Shown here piece by piece: positions 18,192 to 27,660 of a stretch of 64,000 nucleotides of DNA. The stretch's first letter is position 1; every line of letters begins with the position of its first letter. Both the position numbers and the translations under genes were made by a program. The notes beneath the pieces were generated by a model. That model was not told the origin of the DNA. It saw only the letters and a program-made list of their open reading frames with translations, and searched no databases. Origin of the DNA: Minisyncoccota bacterium (GTDB lineage: Bacteria > Patescibacteriota > Minisyncoccia > Phycocordibacterales > JABMNX01); contig OZ244961.1 in NCBI GenBank assembly GCA_965222715.1, positions 12,172-76,171 on the forward strand, given 5' to 3'.

Positions 18192-18216
18192 TCAGAATTC
18201 GATTCTCTCTACCCGC
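18192..18216 (+). pseudogene. tRNA 3'-end fragment (T-loop TTCGATT + acceptor 3' strand TACCCGC) complementary to the 18020 fragment
   Basis: GAATTCGATTCTCTCTACCCGCACC; TACCCGC pairs perfectly with GCGGGTA of the upstream fragment. Confidence 0.55.
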
Positions 18217-18388
18217 ACCTGTAACACACAAAACTGCAAAAACACCAGACCTAGGTCTGGTGTTTTGCGTATAAATACAAGGTTTCTATAACTACCACAC
18301 TAAAATTGACAACACAGCTTTTAAATGATATAAACTAGTTAGTTTCAACCGTTCTTACACACAACAGCGTATATTTGGAGGGTTTCTC

Positions 18389-19171
18389 ATGAACATTACG
18401 CTTCGCATTATACTCGTCTCATCGCTCTGCGGCCTTCTGGGCGCATGGCTGTCCTATGAATACCTCACCGGTTTCTGGTGGGTACTCGCTACCGGAATCA
18501 GCTTCGTCGGTGCCTGGGTGCTCTACAGTCCGAAAGGTTTCTGGAGCGGCTTCTCCCTTGCCTACGCGCATGCGCGGGGGTGGAGACTCGATCGTGAGTG
18601 GTGTCAGAAGAAGCTCAAGATGATCTGGAGACACGCTTATCTTTTTGGGTGTCTCTTCATGTGGTTGGCCATCATCATAAGTGTTCCACTCCTGATAAAT
18701 GAACCCTTCTCGGCATCTGCAGCTATGGGTGTCGTATTGAATGTCTCGATCTTTGCTGCTGTATGCGGAGGTGTGCTCGCCATACTTTTCCTTGGCGAAT
18801 TGAGTGAAGTTGTCGATGATCTGCTCAGATACATCAACATATTCACCCCGCTCATCCTGCTCATGGCACTGGTACCGGCTACTTTCTGGGTGATTCATAA
18901 AACTCCCAGCGGTATCAGAGCAGCTGGAGATGTCTTGTCGTACTTCGGCAAGTTCCTCCACCGCCTAATGCAGCTCACCATCCTTTACGTCAACTCTGAC
19001 GCACGAATGACCTGCGCTATCTGCGCAGCACTCGGCACAACCGCCGGCCACTTCGTCGGTGAAAAACTCATGGGATGCCTCATCGGCGCACTTGTTGGTG
19101 CCCTTGCTGCACTCATCAGTCGCATTGTCGTCAAATGGATTCCTCAGGAAACCACGACGAACAATGCCTAA
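18389..19171 (+). CDS. hypothetical multi-pass membrane protein, higher-GC codon usage
   Basis: TTGACA-17-TATAAA promoter at 18306-18340, GGAGGG RBS; bidirectional terminators at 19188-19270. Confidence 0.5.
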   Translation: MNITLRIILVSSLCGLLGAWLSYEYLTGFWWVLATGISFVGAWVLYSPKGFWSGFSLAYAHARGWRLDREWCQKKLKMIWRHAYLFGCLFMWLAIIISVPLLINEPFSASAAMGVVLNVSIFAAVCGGVLAILFLGELSEVVDDLLRYINIFTPLILLMALVPATFWVIHKTPSGIRAAGDVLSYFGKFLHRLMQLTILYVNSDARMTCAICAALGTTAGHFVGEKLMGCLIGALVGALAALISRIVVKWIPQETTTNNA

Positions 19172-19284
19172 CCACTGTTTCCATTCACACCCCCGGACAC
19201 TACTCCGGGGGTTCTCTTTTGTATATACACCACCACTAAAAAACACCACAAGTACTTGTGGTGTTTTTTAGGTAGTGTAAAAGA

Positions 19285-19557
19285 TTATTTTACAGCGTCT
19301 TTGAGTGCTTTTGCGGCACGGAACTTTGGTACGCGCATTGCAGGGATTTGAATTGACTCACCGGTTCGTGGGTTACGTCCGGTTCGTGCTCCTCGCATCT
19401 TTGCCTCGAAAATTCCGAGACCTGCAATAGAAACCTCTTGTCCTTCTTTTAGGCCGTTCACAATGCAATTTACCATTGTTTCTACTGCTCGCTCAGCGTC
19501 TGCTTTTGTTCCGCCGAGTGTTTCGTGTACCTTTTCAACGATTGATGCTTTGTTCAT
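19285..19557 (-). CDS. hup: DNA-binding protein HU
   Basis: Whole 90-aa sequence matches HU (GLGIFEAKMRGARTGRNPRTGESIQIPAMRVPKFRAAKALK). Confidence 0.85.
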   Translation of the reverse strand: MNKASIVEKVHETLGGTKADAERAVETMVNCIVNGLKEGQEVSIAGLGIFEAKMRGARTGRNPRTGESIQIPAMRVPKFRAAKALKDAVK

Positions 19558-19777
19558 TGTATCTCTTTACTAAAACGTCATTAATCTCGACCCGTTTATT
19601 CACCGCCAGTACAAAAATGTCTATATTTTGCACCGTGAAATTACACACCCTATTATACAGAGCCATATATTGTACGCAATCCCTACCAAAGAAGACATGT
19701 TTTTTGACAATATTTCAATGTTGTTTTCTTTTAATACAAGAAAACCAGTGTACTGCCTTGAGCGCACTGGTTTTTAT

Positions 19778-19996
19778 TTAACGTAAAGAATGTTGTTGCG
19801 CTTTTCTCAGGTGTCGCGAGGTCATGTTGAGACCCTCAACAATTTGGTGAATACGCCGTCGAACTACCCGAATTTCCTTGGTTTGGAAAATATGATTGAG
19901 TAGCTGCTCAAGTACAGCCCTATCCTCTTCATCGCAAGAGTTTAGTGCCTCTTGAATTGCTTCGGGGCACATTACTTCATGGTCTACGGTGTTCAT
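19778..19996 (-). CDS. hypothetical small protein
   Basis: Start chosen at the internal Met with an upstream AAGAGGG RBS. Confidence 0.3.
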   Translation of the reverse strand: MNTVDHEVMCPEAIQEALNSCDEEDRAVLEQLLNHIFQTKEIRVVRRRIHQIVEGLNMTSRHLRKAQQHSLR

Positions 19997-20110
19997 AAGG
20001 TACCCTCTTAAAAGGAAACTAGCCCGAGTGTACGCTAATGTGATTATATGGTCAACTATGGCAAGTAATAAAGAAACACCACAACCATCTCTGGTTGTGG
20101 TGCGCACGTC

Positions 20111-20389
20111 TCATCCCTTTGAGGGTAGAACGTCTTCGAGTTCTGGATACCCAGGATCCATAGGTCCAATTCCCTTATCTCGGGCATCGTTGCGTCGACG
20201 GACAAGTTCTGCACCAGCTTCAGCAAAGCGGTACTCAAGATCAAGATTTCTGAGCTGATCTTTGTGATATGCAATGGTTTTCTTTTTGAACCACTCATAC
20301 ACCGAAGCGTATGACCAGCCTAAAGTGAAACCAAGCCAAAACATGAATTTTGGTCGAGGCATCACTTTAAAAATGATGACATTGAACAT
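20111..20389 (-). CDS. hypothetical small membrane protein
   Basis: AGGAGG RBS 8 nt before the internal Met MFNVIIFKV. Confidence 0.4.
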   Translation of the reverse strand: MFNVIIFKVMPRPKFMFWLGFTLGWSYASVYEWFKKKTIAYHKDQLRNLDLEYRFAEAGAELVRRRNDARDKGIGPMDPGYPELEDVLPSKG

Positions 20390-20454
20390 GGCGAAACCTC
20401 CTACTTGTTTCTGATCTAAATATACCCTCAGAGAATATGAATGCAAGAAGAAGT

Positions 20455-21984
20455 TTATCGAGCAAATTCAACTGCCCGATTCTCACGAATAACATTTACC
20501 TTAATTTCACCAGGATATTTCAATTCATTTTCTATTTGAAGCGCAATATCTCGGGCTAATTTTTTAGCTTCAAGATCTGAGACCTCTTCAGGAGTCACAA
20601 AAACACGGATTTCACGACCTGCTTGGATAGCGTAACTTTTCTCAACTCCAGAAAAGCGATTTGCAATACCTTCAAGATCTTCAAGTCGTTGTACATAGTT
20701 TTCAATAGTGTCACGTCGTGCACCTGGGCGGCCACCAGAGATAGCATCAGCAACTTGTACAATGATCGCTTCAGGAGTCTCATATGGATACTCTTCATGA
20801 TGCGCTTGCATTGCTTTAATGATTGCCTCATCAACACCAAATTTCTGCAAGATTCGGCGACCAATTTCAACATGAGTACCTTGTACTTCATGATCAACTG
20901 CTTTTCCAATGTCGTGAAGCAGCGCTCCAGCGCGTGCTACGTACGGATCAGCACCAAGTTCTTCTGCAAGCATCCCAGCAATGTGCGCCATCTCAACAGA
21001 GTGGTAAAGTACGTTTTGTCCGTAGCTGGTGCGGAAATGAAGGCGGCCGAGGATACTGACGACTCGTGGGTCAAGGTTGTGTACTCCTGAGTCATACGCG
21101 GCTTTCTCTCCTTTTTCTTTAATAGTTTTCTGCACCTCATCTTTTGCTTTCTGAACCATTTCTTCAATCTTTGCAGGCTGAATTCTTCCGTCGGTTATCA
21201 GGTTTTCAAGTGCAACACGCGCTACATGACGACGAATTGGGTCAAACGATGAAAGAGTAATGACATTTGGTGTGTCATCGATGATGACATCAACACCAGT
21301 TGCTCGCTCGAATGCCTTAATATTACGGCCTTCTTTCCCAATAATCTTTCCTTTCACTTCTTCTGAGGGAATATGTACCGACGTAGTCATAATGTCGTCA
21401 ATCACTGAGTTGCCAAGTCGATGAATTGAGGTCGTCAGGATGTCACGCGCTTTTTGATCAAGCCGTTCTTTTCCTGATATTTCAAGTTTTTGCATGCGAA
21501 GGAGAATATCTTCCTCGCACCTCTTTTCGATGAGTTGTAGGAGTTCTGTTCGGGCTTCCTCTTCACTTAGTCCCACAACTTTTTCAAGCTGTGTTTTTCG
21601 TTCATCAATGAGTGCCTCTGCTTTTTCTCGTAGTGAGCGCACTTCTTCAATCTTTTTCTTTATACTCTCAACATCTTCATCAATATCCACCTGACGTTTG
21701 TCGAGTAGCTCTTCTTTTTTAATCAATCGGTCTTCTGTTTTTTTCAGTTGACCTTCTTTTTCTTTAAGCTCTGCCTTTAGGGCAGTCACTTCTTCTTCTA
21801 CTTTTTTCTCTGCATCGTGAGTAATGCGTTTTGCTTCTTCTTTTGCTTCAAGCATCATCTGCTTGATTTCAAGCTCCATTGATCCCCGTTTACCGAGTGA
21901 GATAATCCACCGCAAGAAGTAGCCAAACGCAGTCCCTATAAGACCTGCAAGGATAAGTAGAACAAATACTACTTTTAATGACAT
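20455..21984 (-). CDS. rny: ribonuclease Y
   Basis: N-terminal TM, coiled coil, KH (GKIIGKEGRNIKAFE), HD domain (LLHDIGKA). Confidence 0.85.
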   Translation of the reverse strand: MSLKVVFVLLILAGLIGTAFGYFLRWIISLGKRGSMELEIKQMMLEAKEEAKRITHDAEKKVEEEVTALKAELKEKEGQLKKTEDRLIKKEELLDKRQVDIDEDVESIKKKIEEVRSLREKAEALIDERKTQLEKVVGLSEEEARTELLQLIEKRCEEDILLRMQKLEISGKERLDQKARDILTTSIHRLGNSVIDDIMTTSVHIPSEEVKGKIIGKEGRNIKAFERATGVDVIIDDTPNVITLSSFDPIRRHVARVALENLITDGRIQPAKIEEMVQKAKDEVQKTIKEKGEKAAYDSGVHNLDPRVVSILGRLHFRTSYGQNVLYHSVEMAHIAGMLAEELGADPYVARAGALLHDIGKAVDHEVQGTHVEIGRRILQKFGVDEAIIKAMQAHHEEYPYETPEAIIVQVADAISGGRPGARRDTIENYVQRLEDLEGIANRFSGVEKSYAIQAGREIRVFVTPEEVSDLEAKKLARDIALQIENELKYPGEIKVNVIRENRAVEFAR

Positions 21985-22421
21985 ATATGCGAGCCTACCT
22001 GGGGCAGGCAGGAAATCTCGCTTTTTCTAGCTTCGTTAAAGAATTCTACTATGGGTTATATCGTCAAAATACATAGATTCTAAGCCGTTTTTCAAGAGAT
22101 ATCAGTCAATCAGTCAAAGGCAGTAAAAAGCGTGATTTCAATTTAATTCAAATAATGTGCACTTTCACTATAGCACCAGGATTTTTAGTTGTCGAATATA
22201 CTAAAAACCACGACCAAGCCGTGGTTTTTTAAGTCTCTATCCAAGCATTTAATTACTTAAGTACTTCTTCAATAAGCGTCAGGTTTCTAAGCTCACTACG
22301 TTCGCTAAGAACCTCCTGCCCGGGCTCGTTGTTGCTCGCATACTCGCGACATAACTCCACCTCGTTATTGATGACAAACAAGACGAAGGTCTTCTTTTAA
22401 GTTTTAAAAAATTTTAGAGGG

Positions 22422-23018
22422 TTATTTTAAAACTTCATCAATAACACCATATTTCTTCGCTTCCTCAGCGGTCATAAAGAAGTCACGATCAACATCTTTC
22501 TCAATTTGTGCAAGTGGCTTTCCGGTATTTTTTGCAAGGATTTTATTAAGTCGCTCACGAAGTCCAAGAATATGCTTTGCTGTAATCTCAATATCTGCAG
22601 CTTGACCCTGTGTCCCACCCCATGGTTGGTGAATCATAACCTCTGCATTTGGTAGTGCAAAGCGTTTACCCTTTTCACCTGCTGAGAGGAGAACTGCAGC
22701 AGCGGAAGCTGCCATACCAACACATACGGTAGAAACTTTTGGTTTAATATGATTCATTGTGTCGAGAATAGCGAGACCTGCTGATACTACACCTCCTGGA
22801 GAGTTAATGTAAAACTGAATTTCTTTTTTGGGGTCTTCTGATTCAAGAAAAAGCAGCTGTGCAACAATAAGATTCGCAGTATGCTCTTCAATAGGACCAC
22901 TCAAGAAAATAATTCGTTCTTTTAATAGACGCGAGTAAATATCATATGCTCGTTCGCCATATTGTGATTTTTCAACCACCATTGGCACAAGCTGATTTCG
23001 TACTTCGTTGTATTTCAT
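22422..23018 (-). CDS. clpP: ATP-dependent Clp protease proteolytic subunit
   Basis: Full-length ClpP with catalytic Ser region [11 protein letters not shown]. Confidence 0.9.
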   Translation of the reverse strand: MKYNEVRNQLVPMVVEKSQYGERAYDIYSRLLKERIIFLSGPIEEHTANLIVAQLLFLESEDPKKEIQFYINSPGGVVSAGLAILDTMNHIKPKVSTVCVGMAASAAAVLLSAGEKGKRFALPNAEVMIHQPWGGTQGQAADIEITAKHILGLRERLNKILAKNTGKPLAQIEKDVDRDFFMTAEEAKKYGVIDEVLK

Positions 23019-23060
23019 AGTAGCTATGGTAGCAAATTTATTAGGTAAGACAATAATAGT

Positions 23061-24221
23061 TTATTTTTCTACTTTCTTTGATTCACCTTGTTTCTCGAGA
23101 AATGAGAACACTTCTTCATTGGTGAGCTGTGTTTCTACGTAGACATGCACATTTTCTGGTTTTGCATCTTTAAACCTCTCAAGAATCATGTCCATTTGTC
23201 GGTGCACCTCATCGTGATCTGCTTTGATACCTTCTTTTCGTGCAATGTTATTAAGGATGAGCTGCAGTTTTGCTCGCTTTTCTGCTTGTTCTTTCCACTC
23301 ATCTCGTAAATCTTCCTCAGTCTTTTTAATTTGTGAAAGATAATCCTCAAATTTCATGTTCACGCGCGCAACGTCGTCACGCATTTGTGCCATCATCTTA
23401 TCTAGTTCACTAGTAACCAGTATCTGGGGAAGAGAAATATCTGTTTGTTCAATTATTTTCTCAGAAAGCGCAACTCGCTTTTTCTCACGCGCTTTTTGTG
23501 CTTTTTCTTTTGCTAAATCTTCTCGAACGCGCTTCTTAAATTCCTCAACAGTTTTAAAGTTACCAATTGTTTGTATAAAGGCGTCGTCAAGTTCTGGAAG
23601 ATCCTCTTCTTTTTCTTCTTTCGTGCCCCCTTTGTCGGCTGATGTGTCTTCATTTTTTTCAGTATCTGTTTTTTGTTGCGATTCTTGTTGTGTTTTTTGG
23701 GCCTTTTCAAACTGCGCTTTTCCACGCCGTACTTCCATAAGCACTCGCTCCACATCCCCATCGGTGACTTCAAGATCATCATCCCCCTTCATCACTTCTT
23801 TTGCTATCTCAGTATAGTTTGGAAGATCAAAGGTAGGTACAACAGCACTTTTAATTTTAAATCCAATTGGATTGCCTGCTGCAAGTTTAGTAATCATCAC
23901 CTGTGGTTGCCCAATAACATCAAGCTCATGCTCTGTAATAAGGGCAGGGTAGGCATCGGCAAGCGCTAGCTCTGCAATTTCTCCCATGACACCATCTTCA
24001 CCAATTTTTTCGATAAGAATTTTTTCAGGAATATGTCCAGGACGAAACCCATCAATTTTTATATGCTCACCAAGTTTCTTGAGTGCTTTTGAACGATATG
24101 GTTCGTATGAAGCGACAGGAATTTCGCCTGACACTTCAACTTCAGAAGTATCAAGCTTCTGTACCGATACCTGTGCATATAGTTGTGAATCTTCTTTTTT
24201 TTCTTCTTGCATAGTCCGCAC
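23061..24221 (-). CDS. tig: trigger factor (short form, apparently lacking a canonical PPIase domain)
   Basis: N-terminal ribosome-binding signature IDGFRPGHIPEKILIEKIGED; lies upstream of clpP in the conserved order. Confidence 0.7.
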   Translation of the reverse strand: MRTMQEEKKEDSQLYAQVSVQKLDTSEVEVSGEIPVASYEPYRSKALKKLGEHIKIDGFRPGHIPEKILIEKIGEDGVMGEIAELALADAYPALITEHELDVIGQPQVMITKLAAGNPIGFKIKSAVVPTFDLPNYTEIAKEVMKGDDDLEVTDGDVERVLMEVRRGKAQFEKAQKTQQESQQKTDTEKNEDTSADKGGTKEEKEEDLPELDDAFIQTIGNFKTVEEFKKRVREDLAKEKAQKAREKKRVALSEKIIEQTDISLPQILVTSELDKMMAQMRDDVARVNMKFEDYLSQIKKTEEDLRDEWKEQAEKRAKLQLILNNIARKEGIKADHDEVHRQMDMILERFKDAKPENVHVYVETQLTNEEVFSFLEKQGESKKVEK

Positions 24222-24304
24222 AGTCTACAGTTTTGATTGTATCGTGTCAAAAATATACAGACCTCAGTACACTGAGGTCTGTATATGCCGCCTCTAAGGA
24301 ATTA

Positions 24305-24673
24305 TTAGAGTTCGTTTAAGATATCATCAAGCTCTGCGTCAATGTTGTCTAAGTCAGTTGCACTTAAATCTTCTTCAATAGCATCAATTTCGTCTGAAAC
24401 ACTTTGCGACTCAAGCTGATCTACCACCGCATCAGTACCGTCTGATGGTTGAATGGTTGGGAGTTGCTCATTCTCAGAATTTGTTTCTTCAACTTCTGCG
24501 AACCACAAGTAAAGACCTCCAGCAATAAGCACTATAATAATTATAATAATGCCAAACAGTGGTCCTGAACCGGTGTGCTGAGACTCTCCCTTTAAAGTAT
24601 TTGGAGTAGTATCTTCAGTAGCGTCTACCGCTTCCTCTACTTCATTGTTATGTTGTTTCGTATCTTGATCCAT
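24305..24673 (-). CDS. hypothetical membrane protein with acidic C-terminus
   Basis: One TM (LFGIIIIIIVLIAGGLYLWFA); terminator palindrome at 24259-24288. Confidence 0.4.
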   Translation of the reverse strand: MDQDTKQHNNEVEEAVDATEDTTPNTLKGESQHTGSGPLFGIIIIIIVLIAGGLYLWFAEVEETNSENEQLPTIQPSDGTDAVVDQLESQSVSDEIDAIEEDLSATDLDNIDAELDDILNEL

Positions 24674-24683
24674 AAGTTTTTAA

Positions 24684-25550
24684 TTAATTATTAGTAGTAT
24701 CATTTGTTGGAGTGGTAGTTGAATCTGAATCATTATCAGTAGTATTCTGACGCACCTCGTCGACCTCTGCTTTTATTAATCGCACGGCTTCTACCAGTGC
24801 TTTGTGTGCTTCTTTAAGCGCTTCTTTTGTTGCTGCAAGTGTGCCGATAATTGTTTTAAAGGTCTCTCGGTTTATATCTGTTTCAAGTGCCTCACGTGCC
24901 TCTTTAATAGTTTCTTCAAAGCTTTCTTCCGCTCGATCTATTGCACTACCAGCTTCATCAAGTGCTTCTTGTGCTTTTTCTAAACCAAAACCTCTTTCTT
25001 GTAATTTAAGAATTCTTGATTGAATACGTTCTTCTAATGTACTGAGCCGATTTATAGCGGCTTTCATCTTTCGTGAAACGTTTTCAAGGTACCCTTCAAT
25101 ACGGTCAGTTATTTTATTAAGTACATCAGTACGTGCTTCATCGCGCGCGACATCATTACGTTCTTCTAGACGAGTGCGATCTAGTCGATCGTCTCTTAAT
25201 TCGCGCTTCTCTACATCCTCACCTCTCTCTAGTTGAAGCTCTGCTCGCTTTTCCTGAATAGTTGTGCGTGCTTTTTCAAAAAAAGACTCAGGTCGTGGGC
25301 GATCCTCTTGGTTAGTGTTACCTGCTGCATCACGAAGTGTTCGTGTTTGTACTTCTTTACGTTCACCACCTTCAAGTTGCACTCGTGTTGGTGTTCGCTC
25401 GTCAATTCCTTGAGCATCTGTTGGGGTTAATCCAGCTGCATCACGTGGCTGAGCTGATGCAAAGAGTGGAGTGAGTAAAAACAAGAGACTACACACTGAA
25501 AGTAGTGCGACATGTAGTCTGCTTTGTCTAATATATGAATTGGTCATAGT
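24684..25550 (-). CDS. hypothetical secreted coiled-coil protein
   Basis: Signal peptide after the internal Met (MTNSYIRQSRLHVALLSVCSLLFLLTPLFASA); R/E-rich coiled coil. Confidence 0.4.
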   Translation of the reverse strand, partial: TMTNSYIRQSRLHVALLSVCSLLFLLTPLFASAQPRDAAGLTPTDAQGIDERTPTRVQLEGGERKEVQTRTLRDAAGNTNQEDRPRPESFFEKARTTIQEKRAELQLERGEDVEKRELRDDRLDRTRLEERNDVARDEARTDVLNKITDRIEGYLENVSRKMKAAINRLSTLEERIQSRILKLQERGFGLEKAQEALDEAGSAIDRAEESFEETIKEAREALETDINRETFKTIIGTLAATKEALKEAHKALVEAVRLIKAEVDEVRQNTTDNDSDSTTTPTNDTTNN

Positions 25551-25646
25551 ACTATTGCGCAGGTTATGTGTATATCGAAAGTATACCAAACACAGCACTC
25601 CTGGGGGAGTGCTGTGAGTGTTGATAGTTTAGATCTTTTAAAGAGG

Positions 25647-26186
25647 CTATTTTGAAGGAAACTTCTCCTGGTAAAGCTTTACAGAGCGCTCAACTGACTC
25701 CATTGCTTCTTTCTTTCCTTTGTATCCGTGCACCTCAACAACGTCACCTTTTCCTTTTAACTCTTTGTAGGTTTCAAAAAAGTGCTTAAATTCTTTAAGG
25801 TTGTGTTGGTTAATATCAGTAAGATCAACAACATTGTCCCACCGTTTATCATCTGCAGGTACTGCTATAATTTTGTAATCTGATTCTCCTGAATCGATCA
25901 TTTCCATAACCGCTACTGGTCGAACTTTAACGACGATCCCTGGATGAAGAGGGAAGGTGGTTAATATAATGACATCAAGAGGGTCGTTATCTTCCCATAA
26001 TGTTTGCGGTGCAAACCCGTAATCAAAGGGATATGGTGTTGCTGAGTAATTAGCACGATCAAGTGCAATGAGACCGGTCTCTTTATCTATTTCATACTTA
26101 TTAAATGAACCTTTGGGAATTTCAATGATTGCATTGAACTCGTGTGGAGTATTTTCTCCAAGGGTCACGTCATGCCATAAATCCAT
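25647..26186 (-). CDS. ppa: inorganic pyrophosphatase
   Basis: Family I PPase motifs (DGDPLDVL-like DNDPLDVIIL, YPFDYGF). Confidence 0.85.
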   Translation of the reverse strand: MDLWHDVTLGENTPHEFNAIIEIPKGSFNKYEIDKETGLIALDRANYSATPYPFDYGFAPQTLWEDNDPLDVIILTTFPLHPGIVVKVRPVAVMEMIDSGESDYKIIAVPADDKRWDNVVDLTDINQHNLKEFKHFFETYKELKGKGDVVEVHGYKGKKEAMESVERSVKLYQEKFPSK

Positions 26187-26213
26187 ACTCGTGTATTGTT
26201 AGATTAGTAATAC

Positions 26214-27530
26214 TTATTTATTTTTTTCTTCTTCAACCTTCTCTTCACTCTCTGTCTCCTCTACCTCTGCTGGTTCTTTATTTTCTACCACTTCCTCTGC
26301 GGCAATAGGTTCTTTCTCTTCGTCCTCTTCTAGTACTGTTTCTGTCTTTACTTCCGATGTGTTTTCAGGAGTTTCTTCCGTTGTTTCATTAATTACTACA
26401 TTATCAGCAGTATCAGCTTCAGCAATACTTTCACCTTTTGTTGAGTGGATATCTATCTTCCAGCCGGTAAGTTTTGCGGCGAGACGTACGTTTTGTCCAC
26501 CTTTACCAATAGCAAGTGACTGCTGGTCTTCAGCAACATCTACCACAGCACGTTGTTCTTCCTCGTCTATTTCAACAGAAAGTGTCTTTGCGGGTGAGAG
26601 CGCTTCCTCAATAAATTCTTTTGGATCCTCTGACCACTCAATAATATCAATCTTTTCACCACCAAGTTCTGCCATCACTGTAGCGACACGTACACCACGT
26701 TGTCCAACAAGTGAACCAACTGGATCAATATGTTCATCAAGAGAGGCGACTGCAATTTTTGATCGTGCACCCGCTTCACGCGCAATAGCTTTTACTTCAA
26801 CAGTATCTGATGCAAGTTCAGGCACCTCTTGCTCAAAGAGTTTTTTAAGAAAATCTGGGTGAGAGCGTGAGAGTCGCAAGAATGTACCTCGCTGCCCTTC
26901 TTCTACTGAGTAGAGAAGCGCACGAAGTCGCTCACCTTGACGGAATCGTTCGCTCGGGATCTGTTCGTCATACGGCATAATACCAGTCGCTCGGCCAAGA
27001 TCGATGTAGAGATTACCGCGTTCAATTCTCTGTACAGTACCTGAGACAATATCACCTTCTCGTTCTCCATACTCTTCAATAATAGAGATCTTTTCTGCCT
27101 CACGGATTTTTTGCATAATGACCTGCTTTGCAGTTTGTGCAGCAATACGCCCAAAATCATCTTTCTCTTCAAGAGGGAAGATGAGTTCAGTATCAAGCTC
27201 TGCGTCTTTTTTAATACGCTTTGCGTCTTCAATCATAATGTGGTGCTCAGGGTTGAACCGTGAACGTGCGTCATCTTCATTCTCTGGCTCTTCTTCCTCT
27301 CCTCTAACAAGCGTATCGTCTACGACAATTTTTGCTTGATAGAATTCAACTGCACCAGTATTAATATCAAACTTTGCGCGAATGATTTGTCCGCGTTTTC
27401 CATATTCTTTCTTGTATGCTGTTGCAAGCGCAGTCTCGATTGCGTTTATGATTTTTTCTCGGGGTATTCCTCGCTCTTCTTCAAGCTGATCAAGTACTGA
27501 GTTAATTACTTTTAGGTCAAACATATTCAA
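26214..27530 (-). CDS. nusA: transcription termination/antitermination factor NusA (with acidic C-terminal tail)
   Basis: N-terminal domain, S1 and two KH-like regions; E-rich tail. Confidence 0.85.
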   Translation of the reverse strand: MNMFDLKVINSVLDQLEEERGIPREKIINAIETALATAYKKEYGKRGQIIRAKFDINTGAVEFYQAKIVVDDTLVRGEEEEPENEDDARSRFNPEHHIMIEDAKRIKKDAELDTELIFPLEEKDDFGRIAAQTAKQVIMQKIREAEKISIIEEYGEREGDIVSGTVQRIERGNLYIDLGRATGIMPYDEQIPSERFRQGERLRALLYSVEEGQRGTFLRLSRSHPDFLKKLFEQEVPELASDTVEVKAIAREAGARSKIAVASLDEHIDPVGSLVGQRGVRVATVMAELGGEKIDIIEWSEDPKEFIEEALSPAKTLSVEIDEEEQRAVVDVAEDQQSLAIGKGGQNVRLAAKLTGWKIDIHSTKGESIAEADTADNVVINETTEETPENTSEVKTETVLEEDEEKEPIAAEEVVENKEPAEVEETESEEKVEEEKNK

Positions 27531-27660
27531 TTGCTATTCAATTTTTAAAAAAAATTGCCCGTTTCATACGGACATCAATAGCAATAGATTATCATACCCA
27601 GCGCCGCATGTCAAACAATGCACAAAAAGTGTATAGAATAGAGCCGTTTTCGCTATTTCT

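Noticed and set aside
18020-18216. The 5' and 3' tRNA fragments interpreted as one intron-containing tRNA
   Set aside because: The 3' fragment lacks the anticodon-stem 3' strand and variable region, and the T-stem 5' strand does not pair. A decayed or split tRNA is the better reading than an intron.
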